Assembly (NCBI GenBank): GCA_016198755.1
Contig: JACQIB010000001.1
Location: forward strand, 129,178 to 193,177
Length of the DNA stretch: 64,000 nt
Direction: 5' to 3'
Source: Candidatus Aenigmatarchaeota archaeon
GTDB lineage: Archaea > Aenigmatarchaeota > Aenigmatarchaeia > Aenigmatarchaeales > JACQIB01
Made by a program: the position numbers and the translations under genes. Shown here piece by piece: positions 17,006 through 26,154 of the stretch; within the stretch, counting starts at the first letter, position 1, and each line of letters opens with the position of its first letter. Below the pieces are notes generated by a model. The model was given only the letters and a program-made list of their open reading frames with translations, searched no databases and was not told the DNA's origin.

Positions 17006-17392
17006 ATGAAACTTGTAAGTATACTCAAGCTACAGCTGCTTTTACAGTTAAGAGAGGGTAAAAAATACGGCTATGAGTTAATGAAGGGAAGCGAGGTTTT
17101 GCTCGGGAAAAAAATAAGCCCAAGCCAAATATATCCGTTTCTTGCAGAACTGCAAAAATCCAGACTGATTAAAATAGTAAAAAGGAGCGCACGCGATAAA
17201 AAACTCTATTCTTTAACAGAAAAAGGAAAAATATTCTCAGAAAATACTCTCCAACGATTGGACAGCATGTTTGCCCTTGCCAACAGGGACAGGATTAAAA
17301 AATGCGCACACTGCGGGTGTTTTGTTTATGGAAAATCATTTACAAAATCCGGAAAGCACTTTTGCTGCGGTTCCTGCGCCAATAATTTTTAG
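17006..17392 (+). CDS. PadR-family regulator with a C-terminal TRASH-like metal-binding domain
   Basis: YGYEL, QIYPFLAEL, KKLYSLTEKG; CAHC...FCCGSC. Confidence 0.88.
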   Translation: MKLVSILKLQLLLQLREGKKYGYELMKGSEVLLGKKISPSQIYPFLAELQKSRLIKIVKRSARDKKLYSLTEKGKIFSENTLQRLDSMFALANRDRIKKCAHCGCFVYGKSFTKSGKHFCCGSCANNF

Positions 17393-18576
17393 TGTATTTC
17401 TCCCCAGCCAATTAATTTCCAGCCCTCTCCCGTAAATCTTGAGAAAACAGCCCTGCTACCCGCAGAACAGACTGGCAGCTTGAGTTCAAATTCTATATTA
17501 CCCTTTTTAATAGTTTTCACAACACCAACAGTTCTGGCAGCCCCAATGCTTATCATAACCTGCTCCCCCAACTTAATAGGTTCTATCTTCCCTATTGGTG
17601 AGAACTTTATAGTTAGTTTTTCTATAACAGCTGGCATTTTTCCGGAAATCCCAGCCACAGAACCTGCAAGGCTGTCAGCTTTTGTAAGCGAAGGATCCAG
17701 TTCTGTTAACACTCCCAAAAGCCCCCCAGGCCCAGCTTCCTCTATATCTTTCCCAGCCTTCTGCAGCCCAACAATCTTGCTTACAATCGGAACATACTGC
17801 CCTTTTATTTTTATTCCAGGCCTTATCTCAATCTTTTCTCCAACCTTCAAAAATCCCTGTAACAATGCACCGCCAACAACACCACCTTTCAGGTCTTTTA
17901 TTTTTGATCCTGGTTTGTTAACATCAAAAGACCTTACAACAAGCATCTGTGTATCAAGTTTATTGTTCCTGTCAGGAGTTGGTATAATTTCCTCAATAGC
18001 TTCTATCAATTCCGGTATACCAACCTTCATCTGTGCACTCACTGGTATTATGGGAGCATTCTCAGCCACAGAACCTTTCAAAAACTCCTTTATTTCCTTA
18101 TAGCTTTGAATTGCTCTCTCTTCTGAAACCAAATCTACTTTGCTCTGTACAACAACAATTTTTTTCTGTCCAATTAAATTCAAAACATTCAAATGTTCAG
18201 CAGTCTGAGGTTGCGGGCATTTCTCGTTTGCAGCAATTAAAAACAAGACCCCGTCCATTAGCGAAGCAGCTGAAAGAACAGTAGCCATTAAAGTTTCATG
18301 CCCAGGTGCATCCACGAAAGAAATAGTCCTCTCCGGTTCACACTCTTTCCCATGCTGCAAACATTTAGCATGTGTTGTAAAATGCCCATCACACTTGTAA
18401 ATTGTAGCATCCGCATACCCCAACTTTATAGTAATCCCTCTTTTCAATTCCTCCGAGTGCTGTGCAGGCCATTTTCCTGTTAAAGCTTCCACAAGAGTAG
18501 ATTTTCCATGGTCCACATGCCCCAGCGTTCCTATATTTACCTCAGGTATAAGCCTTTTATCCACTTCCTTTCCCAT
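17389..18576 (-). CDS. eif2g: Translation initiation factor 2 subunit gamma
   Basis: EVNIGTLGHVDHGKST, RGITIKLGYA, DAPGHE, PQPQTAEH, WKLIGWG. Confidence 0.97.
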   Translation of the reverse strand: MGKEVDKRLIPEVNIGTLGHVDHGKSTLVEALTGKWPAQHSEELKRGITIKLGYADATIYKCDGHFTTHAKCLQHGKECEPERTISFVDAPGHETLMATVLSAASLMDGVLFLIAANEKCPQPQTAEHLNVLNLIGQKKIVVVQSKVDLVSEERAIQSYKEIKEFLKGSVAENAPIIPVSAQMKVGIPELIEAIEEIIPTPDRNNKLDTQMLVVRSFDVNKPGSKIKDLKGGVVGGALLQGFLKVGEKIEIRPGIKIKGQYVPIVSKIVGLQKAGKDIEEAGPGGLLGVLTELDPSLTKADSLAGSVAGISGKMPAVIEKLTIKFSPIGKIEPIKLGEQVMISIGAARTVGVVKTIKKGNIEFELKLPVCSAGSRAVFSRFTGEGWKLIGWGEIH

Positions 18577-18665
18577 GCGCACCAATAGGGGGGAGAGGCT
18601 TAAAAACCTTTTCCGCACGCACATCTTTCATAAGGTATTTATCCTTTCCTTCCTAGAGATTTTAC

Positions 18666-20006
18666 ATGGTTAATACATTGATTGTTGGAGCCCAGTGGGG
18701 AGATGAGGGAAAGGGAAAGTTTGTAGATGCACTCGCAGATGGACATAGAGTTGTTGCAAGGTATAACGGAGGTGATAATGCTGGTCACACTGTTGTTTAT
18801 GGAGGAAAAAGATACGCTGTGCATGCAATCCCCTCAGGAATTTTCCATAAAGATATAATGAATGTTATGGGAAGGGGAATGGTTGTAAGCCCGCGCAGGT
18901 TGGTTGCAGAAATGAAGCAGCTACAGCAGGCAGGGATAGAAGTAAGCAAAGACAATTTAATGATAGACTATGGAATACACTTGATACTTCCATATCATGT
19001 TGCGCTGGATAGCGCGGGAAGCGGGAATATAGGAACAACTGGAAAGGGTATTGGGCCAGCTTATGCTGACAAGGCAAACAGGATTGGTGTAAGGCTGGCA
19101 GACCTGAAAAAACCCAGAGAACTAAAGGAAAGGGTAGAAAGGAATGTTAAGCTTCATAATAACACAATTGATTCCAACACACCTGTATTCGATGAAGACC
19201 GGCACGTTGATTCTCATGATATACTGAAAGAGCTGGAGGAAGAGGGTGCTGCTCTGCTAGAATATGCTGGTGATGTTGGAGAATTCCTAGATGGGAAGGA
19301 TAGTATACTTGTTGAAGGTGCACAGGGAGTGCTTTTGGATATAGATAACGGAACCTATCCTTTTGTTACAAGTTCCAGTATTGTAGGAGTTGATGGTGGT
19401 TTAGGCTGTCATATTCCAATAGAGCGCAGGATAGGGGTTGTAAAATTAACCCAGAGCAGGGTTGGGAATGGCCCTTTCCCAACAGAGTTGGGAACACAGG
19501 ATGATTTGAAACCTGAGAGAAAGGTTGATGGAAAAGAGAGGGAAGAGCTTTTGAGAGCGCTCAGGGAAGGAATAAACGATGGCACAGCAACTCCCTATGA
19601 AACAGGAAGGTACCTGAGAGTTAAAGGCGGGGAATATGGAACAACCACTGGCAGGCCAAGGAGGATGGGCTGGCCAGATATACCTCTAATTAGGTATGCA
19701 AGGAGAGTAGCAGGCTTAACAGAGCTGGCTGTTACAAAGCTGGATATATTAACGGGATTAAAAACTGTTGAGCTATGTACTGATTATAAAAAACCAGTGT
19801 TTGTTCCAACAGATCTTGGGAACGCAGAACCTGAATATGCAAGCCGCCCAGGTTGGGAAGGGGGTATAACAGAAGCAGTTGACTGGGAAGATTTGCCTGA
19901 AACAGCCTGCAACTTCTTAAGAACTATAGAATATTTAGCTGGTCTTGAAATCGGATTGCTTTCCACAGGTCCTGACAGAAACCAATTGATAGATACAGAA
20001 GCATAG
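18666..20006 (+). CDS. purA: Adenylosuccinate synthetase (long type)
   Basis: GAQWGDEGKG, GGDNAGHT, GIGPAYADK, EGAQG, YPFVTSS, EYGTTTGRPRR, TKLD. Confidence 0.97.
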   Translation: MVNTLIVGAQWGDEGKGKFVDALADGHRVVARYNGGDNAGHTVVYGGKRYAVHAIPSGIFHKDIMNVMGRGMVVSPRRLVAEMKQLQQAGIEVSKDNLMIDYGIHLILPYHVALDSAGSGNIGTTGKGIGPAYADKANRIGVRLADLKKPRELKERVERNVKLHNNTIDSNTPVFDEDRHVDSHDILKELEEEGAALLEYAGDVGEFLDGKDSILVEGAQGVLLDIDNGTYPFVTSSSIVGVDGGLGCHIPIERRIGVVKLTQSRVGNGPFPTELGTQDDLKPERKVDGKEREELLRALREGINDGTATPYETGRYLRVKGGEYGTTTGRPRRMGWPDIPLIRYARRVAGLTELAVTKLDILTGLKTVELCTDYKKPVFVPTDLGNAEPEYASRPGWEGGITEAVDWEDLPETACNFLRTIEYLAGLEIGLLSTGPDRNQLIDTEA

Positions 20007-20007
20007 C

Positions 20008-20787
20008 TCACTCATACTTCTGGAAAAATCCAGTTCTTAGAGAATGTCTCATTTGTGCCTTAAGTACAATCCAGAAAATTCCAATGTAAATTAAATCTGC
20101 AATGTAGAATTTTGCAATCATTACCCAGTCATAAGCTCCATGTATGAAAGCTCCTCTCAATCCTTCCAGACCATAAGTTGGCGGCAGCCCATAGGAAACA
20201 AACTGCAAAACAGGTGGCAGGACAGAAACAGGGAAAAACACCCCCGACAATAAAATTAATGCATCAGCCACAGACCAGATTAAAACCTCAGCGTTTACTC
20301 CGTATCTCAAAATTGCAGATGAAATTATTATGCCTATGCCCATACCAAACAGGCTCAAGCCAAAGAAAACAGCAAAAAGATAGAGCAGGTTTATTGAAAA
20401 GAGATTAAACCCAAAAACAAAAAAGGCTATTGTAGATGTAATTGCAATCATTGCAGCAGATCTGAATAATCCAAACAGCCAGTTTCCTATAATAAGCTGC
20501 CACTCAGGAATCGGAAGCATTCTGAGTTTTTTCAGGCTCCTGTGCCATATATCCCTCACAAATGTATAGGAGGTATCCACATGGGAAGTAAACATATAGC
20601 TCCAGGCAATGCTGCCTGTTACAAGTATAACAAGCCCTTCTTTGCTCTGGATAAAAGTTGCAAAGAAAGCCAGAGAAGACATTATAATAACAGGCCAGAA
20701 AATAATGGAAAAAACCTCTACACCAGTCCTTTTAAGGTAAACAAAATTCCTTAACATTAAGGCCTTAAAAACAGTTAATGCGCTCAT
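20008..20787 (-). CDS. ABC-2 type exporter permease
   Basis: About six TM segments, SGVFFPVSVLP...PPTYGLEGLR motif; overlaps the ATPase gene. Confidence 0.9.
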   Translation of the reverse strand: MSALTVFKALMLRNFVYLKRTGVEVFSIIFWPVIIMSSLAFFATFIQSKEGLVILVTGSIAWSYMFTSHVDTSYTFVRDIWHRSLKKLRMLPIPEWQLIIGNWLFGLFRSAAMIAITSTIAFFVFGFNLFSINLLYLFAVFFGLSLFGMGIGIIISSAILRYGVNAEVLIWSVADALILLSGVFFPVSVLPPVLQFVSYGLPPTYGLEGLRGAFIHGAYDWVMIAKFYIADLIYIGIFWIVLKAQMRHSLRTGFFQKYE

Positions 20788-21500
20788 TCCAGCCCCTCCC
20801 TTGCCAGTTTTATGAAAGCCTTTTCAAGTGTTTTGCTTTTTGTCTTTCTCAAAAGTTTTTTAGGTGTGTCTATTGCAATAATCCTCCCTTTGTCTATGAA
20901 CGCAACCCTGTCACAAATCTCCTCTGCCTCATACATGTTATGTGTAGTGATTAAAACAGCAGAGCATTTGCTTTTTAGCTTTTTGATGTATTTTCTGACA
21001 ACAACTGCAATTTGCGGATCCAGCCCAATTGTTGGCTCGTCCAGCAAAACAACTTCCGGCCTGTGCTGTAAGGCTATAATCAATCCTAATCTCTGCAGCA
21101 TTCCACTCGAGTAATCCTCAATAAGCGTGTCCAGCTTATTTTCCATCTGGAACTCTTTCGCAAGCTTAAAATCAGGTTTTACACCATAACAGTCTGCATA
21201 AAATTTCATATGTTCCCTTCCTGTTAGCTTTGGCAGGAATCTTGCATACCCACCGCTCAGTCCAATAATTTTTCTCAGCTCCAGAGAGTCTTTTGCAGGA
21301 TCCAATCCCATAACCCTTGCTTCCCCCTTTTCAGGCAGCAAAAGTGTAGAAAGAATATTTACAAGTGTTGTTTTCCCAGCCCCATTAGGTCCAAGCAAAC
21401 CAAAAATCTCCCCCTTTCCAACTGTAAAAGAAACATTAGATAGTGCTCTAACTCCCCCAGCAAATACTTTCTCAAGTCCATTCACAACTATAGGTTCCAT
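20784..21500 (-). CDS. ABC transporter ATP-binding protein
   Basis: GPNGAGKTT, YSSGM, LLDEPT, TTH. Confidence 0.95.
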   Translation of the reverse strand: MEPIVVNGLEKVFAGGVRALSNVSFTVGKGEIFGLLGPNGAGKTTLVNILSTLLLPEKGEARVMGLDPAKDSLELRKIIGLSGGYARFLPKLTGREHMKFYADCYGVKPDFKLAKEFQMENKLDTLIEDYSSGMLQRLGLIIALQHRPEVVLLDEPTIGLDPQIAVVVRKYIKKLKSKCSAVLITTHNMYEAEEICDRVAFIDKGRIIAIDTPKKLLRKTKSKTLEKAFIKLAREGLE

Positions 21501-21537
21501 ATCGCACTTTATCTATTGCGCAGAACTTAAACCTTTC

Positions 21538-21945
21538 TCAGGCCTTCTTCTCTTCTGTTCCCTCAGCCTTTTGCTTTGGTGGGATACCCAGAATAGTTGG
21601 AATATCCCCATCCCCCTCAACAACTTTACAATTAACTTGTCCTGTGCGGTCAGAAATAGTATTCCCAACAATATTTTTCCTTTTCCTCTGCCCCTCTTTC
21701 TTTGGAATAAACCCTGGTGGTCCAGATAGCAAAATTCTTTTCCTCCCAGGCCCATCCACCTCAGCTCTCATAGGAAACCCTTCCTTATCGCTCCCTCCAG
21801 TTATCTGTAGAACAAATCCCCCTAATCCAATCAAAGAACCCTCAATTTTCTCCCCAATCTTTCTTCCAATAAGTGTCGGCACATCCTTTTCTATCTGCCA
21901 GCTCTTCTTTGTTTTTGGTTCGTTTATTACAATTCTCAATGCCAT
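21538..21945 (-). CDS. rps6e: 30S ribosomal protein S6e
   Basis: ITGGSDKEGFPMR, GQRKRK..VGN motifs; GAGGTG SD before the ATG at 21945. Confidence 0.95.
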   Translation of the reverse strand: MALRIVINEPKTKKSWQIEKDVPTLIGRKIGEKIEGSLIGLGGFVLQITGGSDKEGFPMRAEVDGPGRKRILLSGPPGFIPKKEGQRKRKNIVGNTISDRTGQVNCKVVEGDGDIPTILGIPPKQKAEGTEEKKA

Positions 21946-22053
21946 TATTTCCACCTCAGTTCTGCTGGAAAACCAGCTCACTACCGAGTGCTTACTCTAT
22001 TGCTCAGAGCCTATTTAAGTCTTTCCTACACACGTTTGGTAACTGGTTATTTG

Positions 22054-22458
22054 TCATAAGTTTTTATTTAATAGTGTCCTTAGTTTTTCAATAATATCCT
22101 TAATATCTTTCTCTCTTCTGATTAAAAAATGTTCTTCTGCAAAAAACCCCTCGTAAGTAATCCTATTTCTAATAACACGAAGCATATCTATCAAATCGAG
22201 CTCGCTCCTTTTGAAATGGGTTTTATAGTTATTGCCCAAATATTCGACTAGCTTTTTGTGGCTCAGTGTTTTGAAGCCATCTATAAGCAATAGAGCTGTA
22301 ATAAGCTCTTTAATAATTTCATAATATCCCTCCAGAACTAAAGATGTGAACCGTTTCCTATCAATAGTTTTCAAATTCTCTTCGCGTGCTGCAGCCATTG
22401 CTATTATGCTTTTAGCTCGTTCTATGTCTGGAGAAACCTTAACAATATCATTTTCCAT
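22054..22458 (-). CDS. HEPN domain protein (toxin of the second MNT-HEPN pair)
   Basis: YYEIIKEL, SHKKL, LRVIRNRITYEG. Confidence 0.85.
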   Translation of the reverse strand: MENDIVKVSPDIERAKSIIAMAAAREENLKTIDRKRFTSLVLEGYYEIIKELITALLLIDGFKTLSHKKLVEYLGNNYKTHFKRSELDLIDMLRVIRNRITYEGFFAEEHFLIRREKDIKDIIEKLRTLLNKNL

Positions 22459-22997
22459 TAAAACACCTTAAGATAACCGTGTAATACAATGCCATTTATA
22501 ATGTTATTCCTGAGTTCTTTACTGAGCCTATTAAAGTTTTCTTCCCATATGATATTTATCTGCTTGTCAAGGTATTTTTCAAACTTTGCTATATCTAGCT
22601 GTTTTTCCTTTGCAACCATAAATAAATCTATATCACTTTCCTTCACGTCTTCCCCCCTAGAAAATGAACCGAAAAGAACGATGGCATCTGGCATGCAGTT
22701 TCTATCCAAAAAATCTATAAGACCAGATTCCTTTATGCTAAGTATGTTGTCCATCTTTTTAAGAAATAAAAAGTCTGTACTGGAGCGATTAGGCCAATAT
22801 ACAGGGTACTTGTATATACTGTGCTCGGATTTTATTATAAGACCTTCATTTGCCAGTTCATTCAAATACTTTGCAACAGATTTTGGAGTTATTTTTACAA
22901 TCCTGCCTATTTGCCTGAGCTGAAACCCAGTCCCTGCAGGGTTAGGGTCGTTAAAAAACACACGCAATATTTTATATCTGTTGTCTTTATACAACAT
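22458..22997 (-). CDS. wHTH plus MNT nucleotidyltransferase antitoxin
   Basis: FQLRQIGRIVKITPKSV HTH; VLFGSFSRGED...SDIDLF. Confidence 0.9.
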   Translation of the reverse strand: MLYKDNRYKILRVFFNDPNPAGTGFQLRQIGRIVKITPKSVAKYLNELANEGLIIKSEHSIYKYPVYWPNRSSTDFLFLKKMDNILSIKESGLIDFLDRNCMPDAIVLFGSFSRGEDVKESDIDLFMVAKEKQLDIAKFEKYLDKQINIIWEENFNRLSKELRNNIINGIVLHGYLKVF

Positions 22998-23015
22998 ATG
23001 TTGTAATATTACAAC
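22990..23015. promoter_or_regulatory. Overlapping 16-bp palindromes at the MNT start (putative operator)
   Basis: TACAACATATGTTGTA (22990-23005) and GTTGTAATATTACAAC (23000-23015), both perfect. Confidence 0.7.
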
Positions 23016-23080
23016 TACTGTATATAAATTACTACTATTCTATAAAACATATATTACACTATATAAGTATGATGAGGATT

Positions 23081-24796
23081 TTAGTGACTGAGTATTCTCC
23101 TTGCCAGCTCAGCTTCCGGTCTCTCAAGTTCTTCCAGAATATTCAAATCCTGCACAGAAACTTTAGTAGCCAGTTCATCCCCCTCTCTAATGTTTCTTCC
23201 AACAACTCCCCCTTCAATAGAAACAGCAACTCTCTTCCCTTTCTCAGCGGAATCCAAATGTTTTCCTTCATCCTGCAAATCCTTCACACTTCCTATCTCC
23301 TTATCCCCCTTTATCAGCCCTGCTCCTGATCTCAGCTCCCCCTCCAAAACTTCTACTCCAACAACAGCAGGATCACTCTGCCTGAAAACAAATCCTGGCA
23401 GAATTTTTATTAACGCAGGCAATGTTATATTGGAAAGCTTCTCTTCCATCTCTTTCTTTTTCTCTTCCCCTTTCCACAAATCATACTGCTCAAACAGCCT
23501 GTAAATAATATCACTGTTTATTATTTTCACTCCAGTTCTCTCAGCTTCAGCAGCAATATCCTTTGAAACAGGTACATTAAAGCAGAACACAACTCTTTTG
23601 TACCTATCCTGTACACTCTGCAAAGCAATCAAATCCTTTTTAGCTGGCCCGCCAACCTCAGCTTTCTGCATATCAATTCCCCTCTCCTGTAAAAGCTTTA
23701 CAAGTGCTTCTATTCCCCCGAGAGTATCAGCCCTTACTATAATTCCTTCCCTAGAAGTCTCAAACTCTATTTCCTGTACTTCAGCTTCCAGCTCCCGCTT
23801 AACTTCCTCAATTCCCTTTTCCTCCCTTACAGCCCTCAAAGAGCTCCCAGCAATAACATTCTCAAGCCCAGGAGCAGCAATTTTAACTGCAACAGCAGCA
23901 GAAACCTCCTCTAAATTTTCAAATTCCTTCTCAGTTCTTATCTCTTTTAATGGCTTTGGCTTTAGCAAAGCTCTGACTTTTGCCACAGTAATTTCTTTTC
24001 CCCCAACCACAATCCAGTCCCCCTTTCTCAAAATTCCATCATACAAAACCACATCTATTGTTGTCCCCAACCCTGGATAGTCCCTAACTTCCAAAACAGA
24101 ACCCTTCCCAACTTCCCCCGCAACCTCGAGATTTTGTTTCAAAAACTGCTGTGTAATCCCAACAAGCGCAGCTAACAATTCAGGTATTCCCTCTCCCGTT
24201 ATTCCAGAGCATGGAACAATAGCAACCTGCTTTTTAAAATCAGTAATTCTGTCTATCCTTTCAGAATCAAATCCTTTCTCAGAGAGCTGCCCAACAAGCT
24301 TGTAAACATTCCTGTCCAGCTCTTCCTTAACAAATTCAGGCTGTTTTTTCAGACTTTCAGTAAAAAAGTTTCCTTCATTCTGAATCCAGCCGTTTATTTT
24401 ATCCAGCTTTGTTGCAGCAACAATAAAGGGAGTTTTAAACTGTTTCAAAATTTCTATACTTTCTTTCGTTTGTTCCTGCACCCCTTGCAAAAGATCTATA
24501 ACAAGTATAGCCAAATCAGCAATAGCTCCCCCCCTCTTTCTCATCCCAATAAAAGCAGCATGTCCAGGAGTGTCTAACAGCAAAAGCCCTGGTATTTCAA
24601 CTTCTGTTTTTCCAAGCAAAGGTCCTGTAATCCTTTTTATTGTTTCCAGCGGTAGTTCAGAAGCACCTGCAGCCTGCGTTATTGCTCCAGCTTCTTTGGC
24701 TGCTATAGCAGTTCCCCTAAGCTTATCTGCTAAAGTGGTTTTCCCATGGTCCACATGCCCTACTATTACAACTATAGGTTGCCTTATCCTTGGCAT
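23081..24796 (-). CDS. infB: Translation initiation factor aIF5B (IF-2)
   Basis: IRQPIVVIVGHVDHGKTT, EAGAITQ, DTPGH, DTLGGIEAL, FRQSDPAVVGVEV. Confidence 0.97.
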   Translation of the reverse strand: MPRIRQPIVVIVGHVDHGKTTLADKLRGTAIAAKEAGAITQAAGASELPLETIKRITGPLLGKTEVEIPGLLLLDTPGHAAFIGMRKRGGAIADLAILVIDLLQGVQEQTKESIEILKQFKTPFIVAATKLDKINGWIQNEGNFFTESLKKQPEFVKEELDRNVYKLVGQLSEKGFDSERIDRITDFKKQVAIVPCSGITGEGIPELLAALVGITQQFLKQNLEVAGEVGKGSVLEVRDYPGLGTTIDVVLYDGILRKGDWIVVGGKEITVAKVRALLKPKPLKEIRTEKEFENLEEVSAAVAVKIAAPGLENVIAGSSLRAVREEKGIEEVKRELEAEVQEIEFETSREGIIVRADTLGGIEALVKLLQERGIDMQKAEVGGPAKKDLIALQSVQDRYKRVVFCFNVPVSKDIAAEAERTGVKIINSDIIYRLFEQYDLWKGEEKKKEMEEKLSNITLPALIKILPGFVFRQSDPAVVGVEVLEGELRSGAGLIKGDKEIGSVKDLQDEGKHLDSAEKGKRVAVSIEGGVVGRNIREGDELATKVSVQDLNILEELERPEAELARRILSH

Positions 24797-24844
24797 TTTT
24801 CTCACGCACAGAAAGGCTTTGGGTTTACTGTTTATAAACAAGCA

Positions 24845-25315
24845 CTAGAGAGCCCGTATCCAGCTCTCTTCAGGCACAAATACATCTTCTCTATATACAA
24901 TTTTTGCAGTAAAGAGCTTGTTTTCCAGAACAAAGGGAAGAAACCATTTATCCCCGCCATTCAGGTTTAACTCCAACAACTTCCCATTATCAATCCATTC
25001 CAGTTCCCCTTCTTTGCTATTTTCAATTAGTTGCCCTTCAAACTTTTCAGCAGAGAAAACAAAAACAATCCAACTCTCCCCAGCTTTACTGACATTAAAA
25101 GGGAAGCTTATAACTCCAACCAGTTTCGGTTTAGTTATTTTTAATCCAGACTCCTCAAAAACCTCGCGCACAGCACACTCCTCCGGCGTTTCCCCTTCAT
25201 CTATCTTTCCTCCAAGTCCGTTCCACTTCCCCTTATGCATTCCACCTTCCTTCTTTACATTAACCATAAGGGTCTTTCCTTCGCTTTGCACATAACAGAG
25301 AGTTGCAACCTTCAT
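24845..25315 (-). CDS. Nudix hydrolase, 8-oxo-dGTPase-like
   Basis: WNGLGGKIDEGETPEECAVREVFEESGL Nudix box. Confidence 0.9.
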   Translation of the reverse strand: MKVATLCYVQSEGKTLMVNVKKEGGMHKGKWNGLGGKIDEGETPEECAVREVFEESGLKITKPKLVGVISFPFNVSKAGESWIVFVFSAEKFEGQLIENSKEGELEWIDNGKLLELNLNGGDKWFLPFVLENKLFTAKIVYREDVFVPEESWIRAL

Positions 25316-25345
25316 AGAAACAATTAACCTGAGGTAGAATAAATA

Positions 25346-25522
25346 TTATGCTTTCGTTTTCCCTTTAGAAGTAACCCACTTTACATGAGCAGGATCCCTT
25401 CCAAGATTAGAATTGTTCTCGCACTTGCTCTTGCAGAAATAGAAAATCTTCCCATCTCCGCGCACAAACATTTTTCCTGTTCCAACAGAAAGCTCATCCC
25501 TGCAGAAAGAACATTTTGCCAT
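25346..25522 (-). CDS. rpl24e: 50S ribosomal protein L24e
   Basis: Translated by hand: MAKCSFC...GTGKMFVRGDGKIFYFCKSKCE...GRDPAHVKW (58 aa, below the ORF-track cutoff). Confidence 0.95.
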   Translation of the reverse strand: MAKCSFCRDELSVGTGKMFVRGDGKIFYFCKSKCENNSNLGRDPAHVKWVTSKGKTKA

Positions 25523-25523
25523 A

Positions 25524-25739
25524 TTAACGCATCTCCATTGTTCCAGCGCTTTCCATTTCAGTTTCTCTTAACATTAGCATATCTCCAACCCTTACAGGCC
25601 CAACCACATTCCTTACAAGAACCTTTCCAGCATCCCTGCCCCCAAGAACTTTACACCTAACTTGTGTAACTCCCTTTATTCCGGATCTTCCTAGAACCTG
25701 CACAACTTCTGCTGGCGTAGACTCCTGTGTGGCTGCCAT
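25524..25739 (-). CDS. rps28e: 30S ribosomal protein S28e
   Basis: VTQVRCKVL...[16 protein letters not shown]. Confidence 0.96.
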   Translation of the reverse strand: MAATQESTPAEVVQVLGRSGIKGVTQVRCKVLGGRDAGKVLVRNVVGPVRVGDMLMLRETEMESAGTMEMR

Positions 25740-25745
25740 TTAATA

Positions 25746-26078
25746 TCACTTTGCAGATTTTGCTATATCCTCAACTTCTTTCCTTGCTTCTCCTGTTTCA
25801 AGAATTGCAACTGCTGCAGTTGGCACATTTATGCCTACAGCCCTGCCCAAATCCTGCTTGCTTGAAACCTGCACCAAAGGTATTTTCTTTTCAGAACAAA
25901 GCGGAGGCAAATGCATTACAACTTCTTTTGGGTTAACATCCTCTGCAATAACAATAAGCTTTGCAGCTCCTCTTTCCACTTGTTTTGTAGCTTCATTTGT
26001 TCCTATTCTTACTTTTCCAGTATTCTTGGCTATCTCCACAGCCTGTAAAATCCTGCTCTCCATTTGTTTGTCAGCCAT
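25746..26078 (-). CDS. rpl7ae: 50S ribosomal protein L7Ae
   Basis: GTNEATK, IAEDVNP.EVVMHLP.LC, LGRAVG. Confidence 0.96.
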   Translation of the reverse strand: MADKQMESRILQAVEIAKNTGKVRIGTNEATKQVERGAAKLIVIAEDVNPKEVVMHLPPLCSEKKIPLVQVSSKQDLGRAVGINVPTAAVAILETGEARKEVEDIAKSAK

Positions 26079-26154
26079 TCAAATCACCTCAACCTTTCAT
26101 AGGTTCATTTTTCAGAAACTCAGTCAGCAAAGTATTTAAAGCTACTATATGTCC

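Noticed and set aside
17480-18103. 207-aa plus-strand ORF (and similar ones at 23598, 36664, 40581, 47155)
   Set aside because: Antisense to well-supported genes; Ser/Pro/Phe-rich composition is expected from purine-rich coding strands.
21970-22012. Possible hairpin or K-turn upstream of rps6e
   Set aside because: Pairing is short and overlaps the likely TATA-to-TSS spacer, so it is probably not fully transcribed.
23069-23091. Box C (ATGATGA) plus CTGA 12 nt apart, suggesting a C/D sRNA
   Set aside because: No second C'/D pair or convincing terminal stem, it overlaps the infB stop, and the only target seen is a 7-8 nt match to tRNA-Asp.
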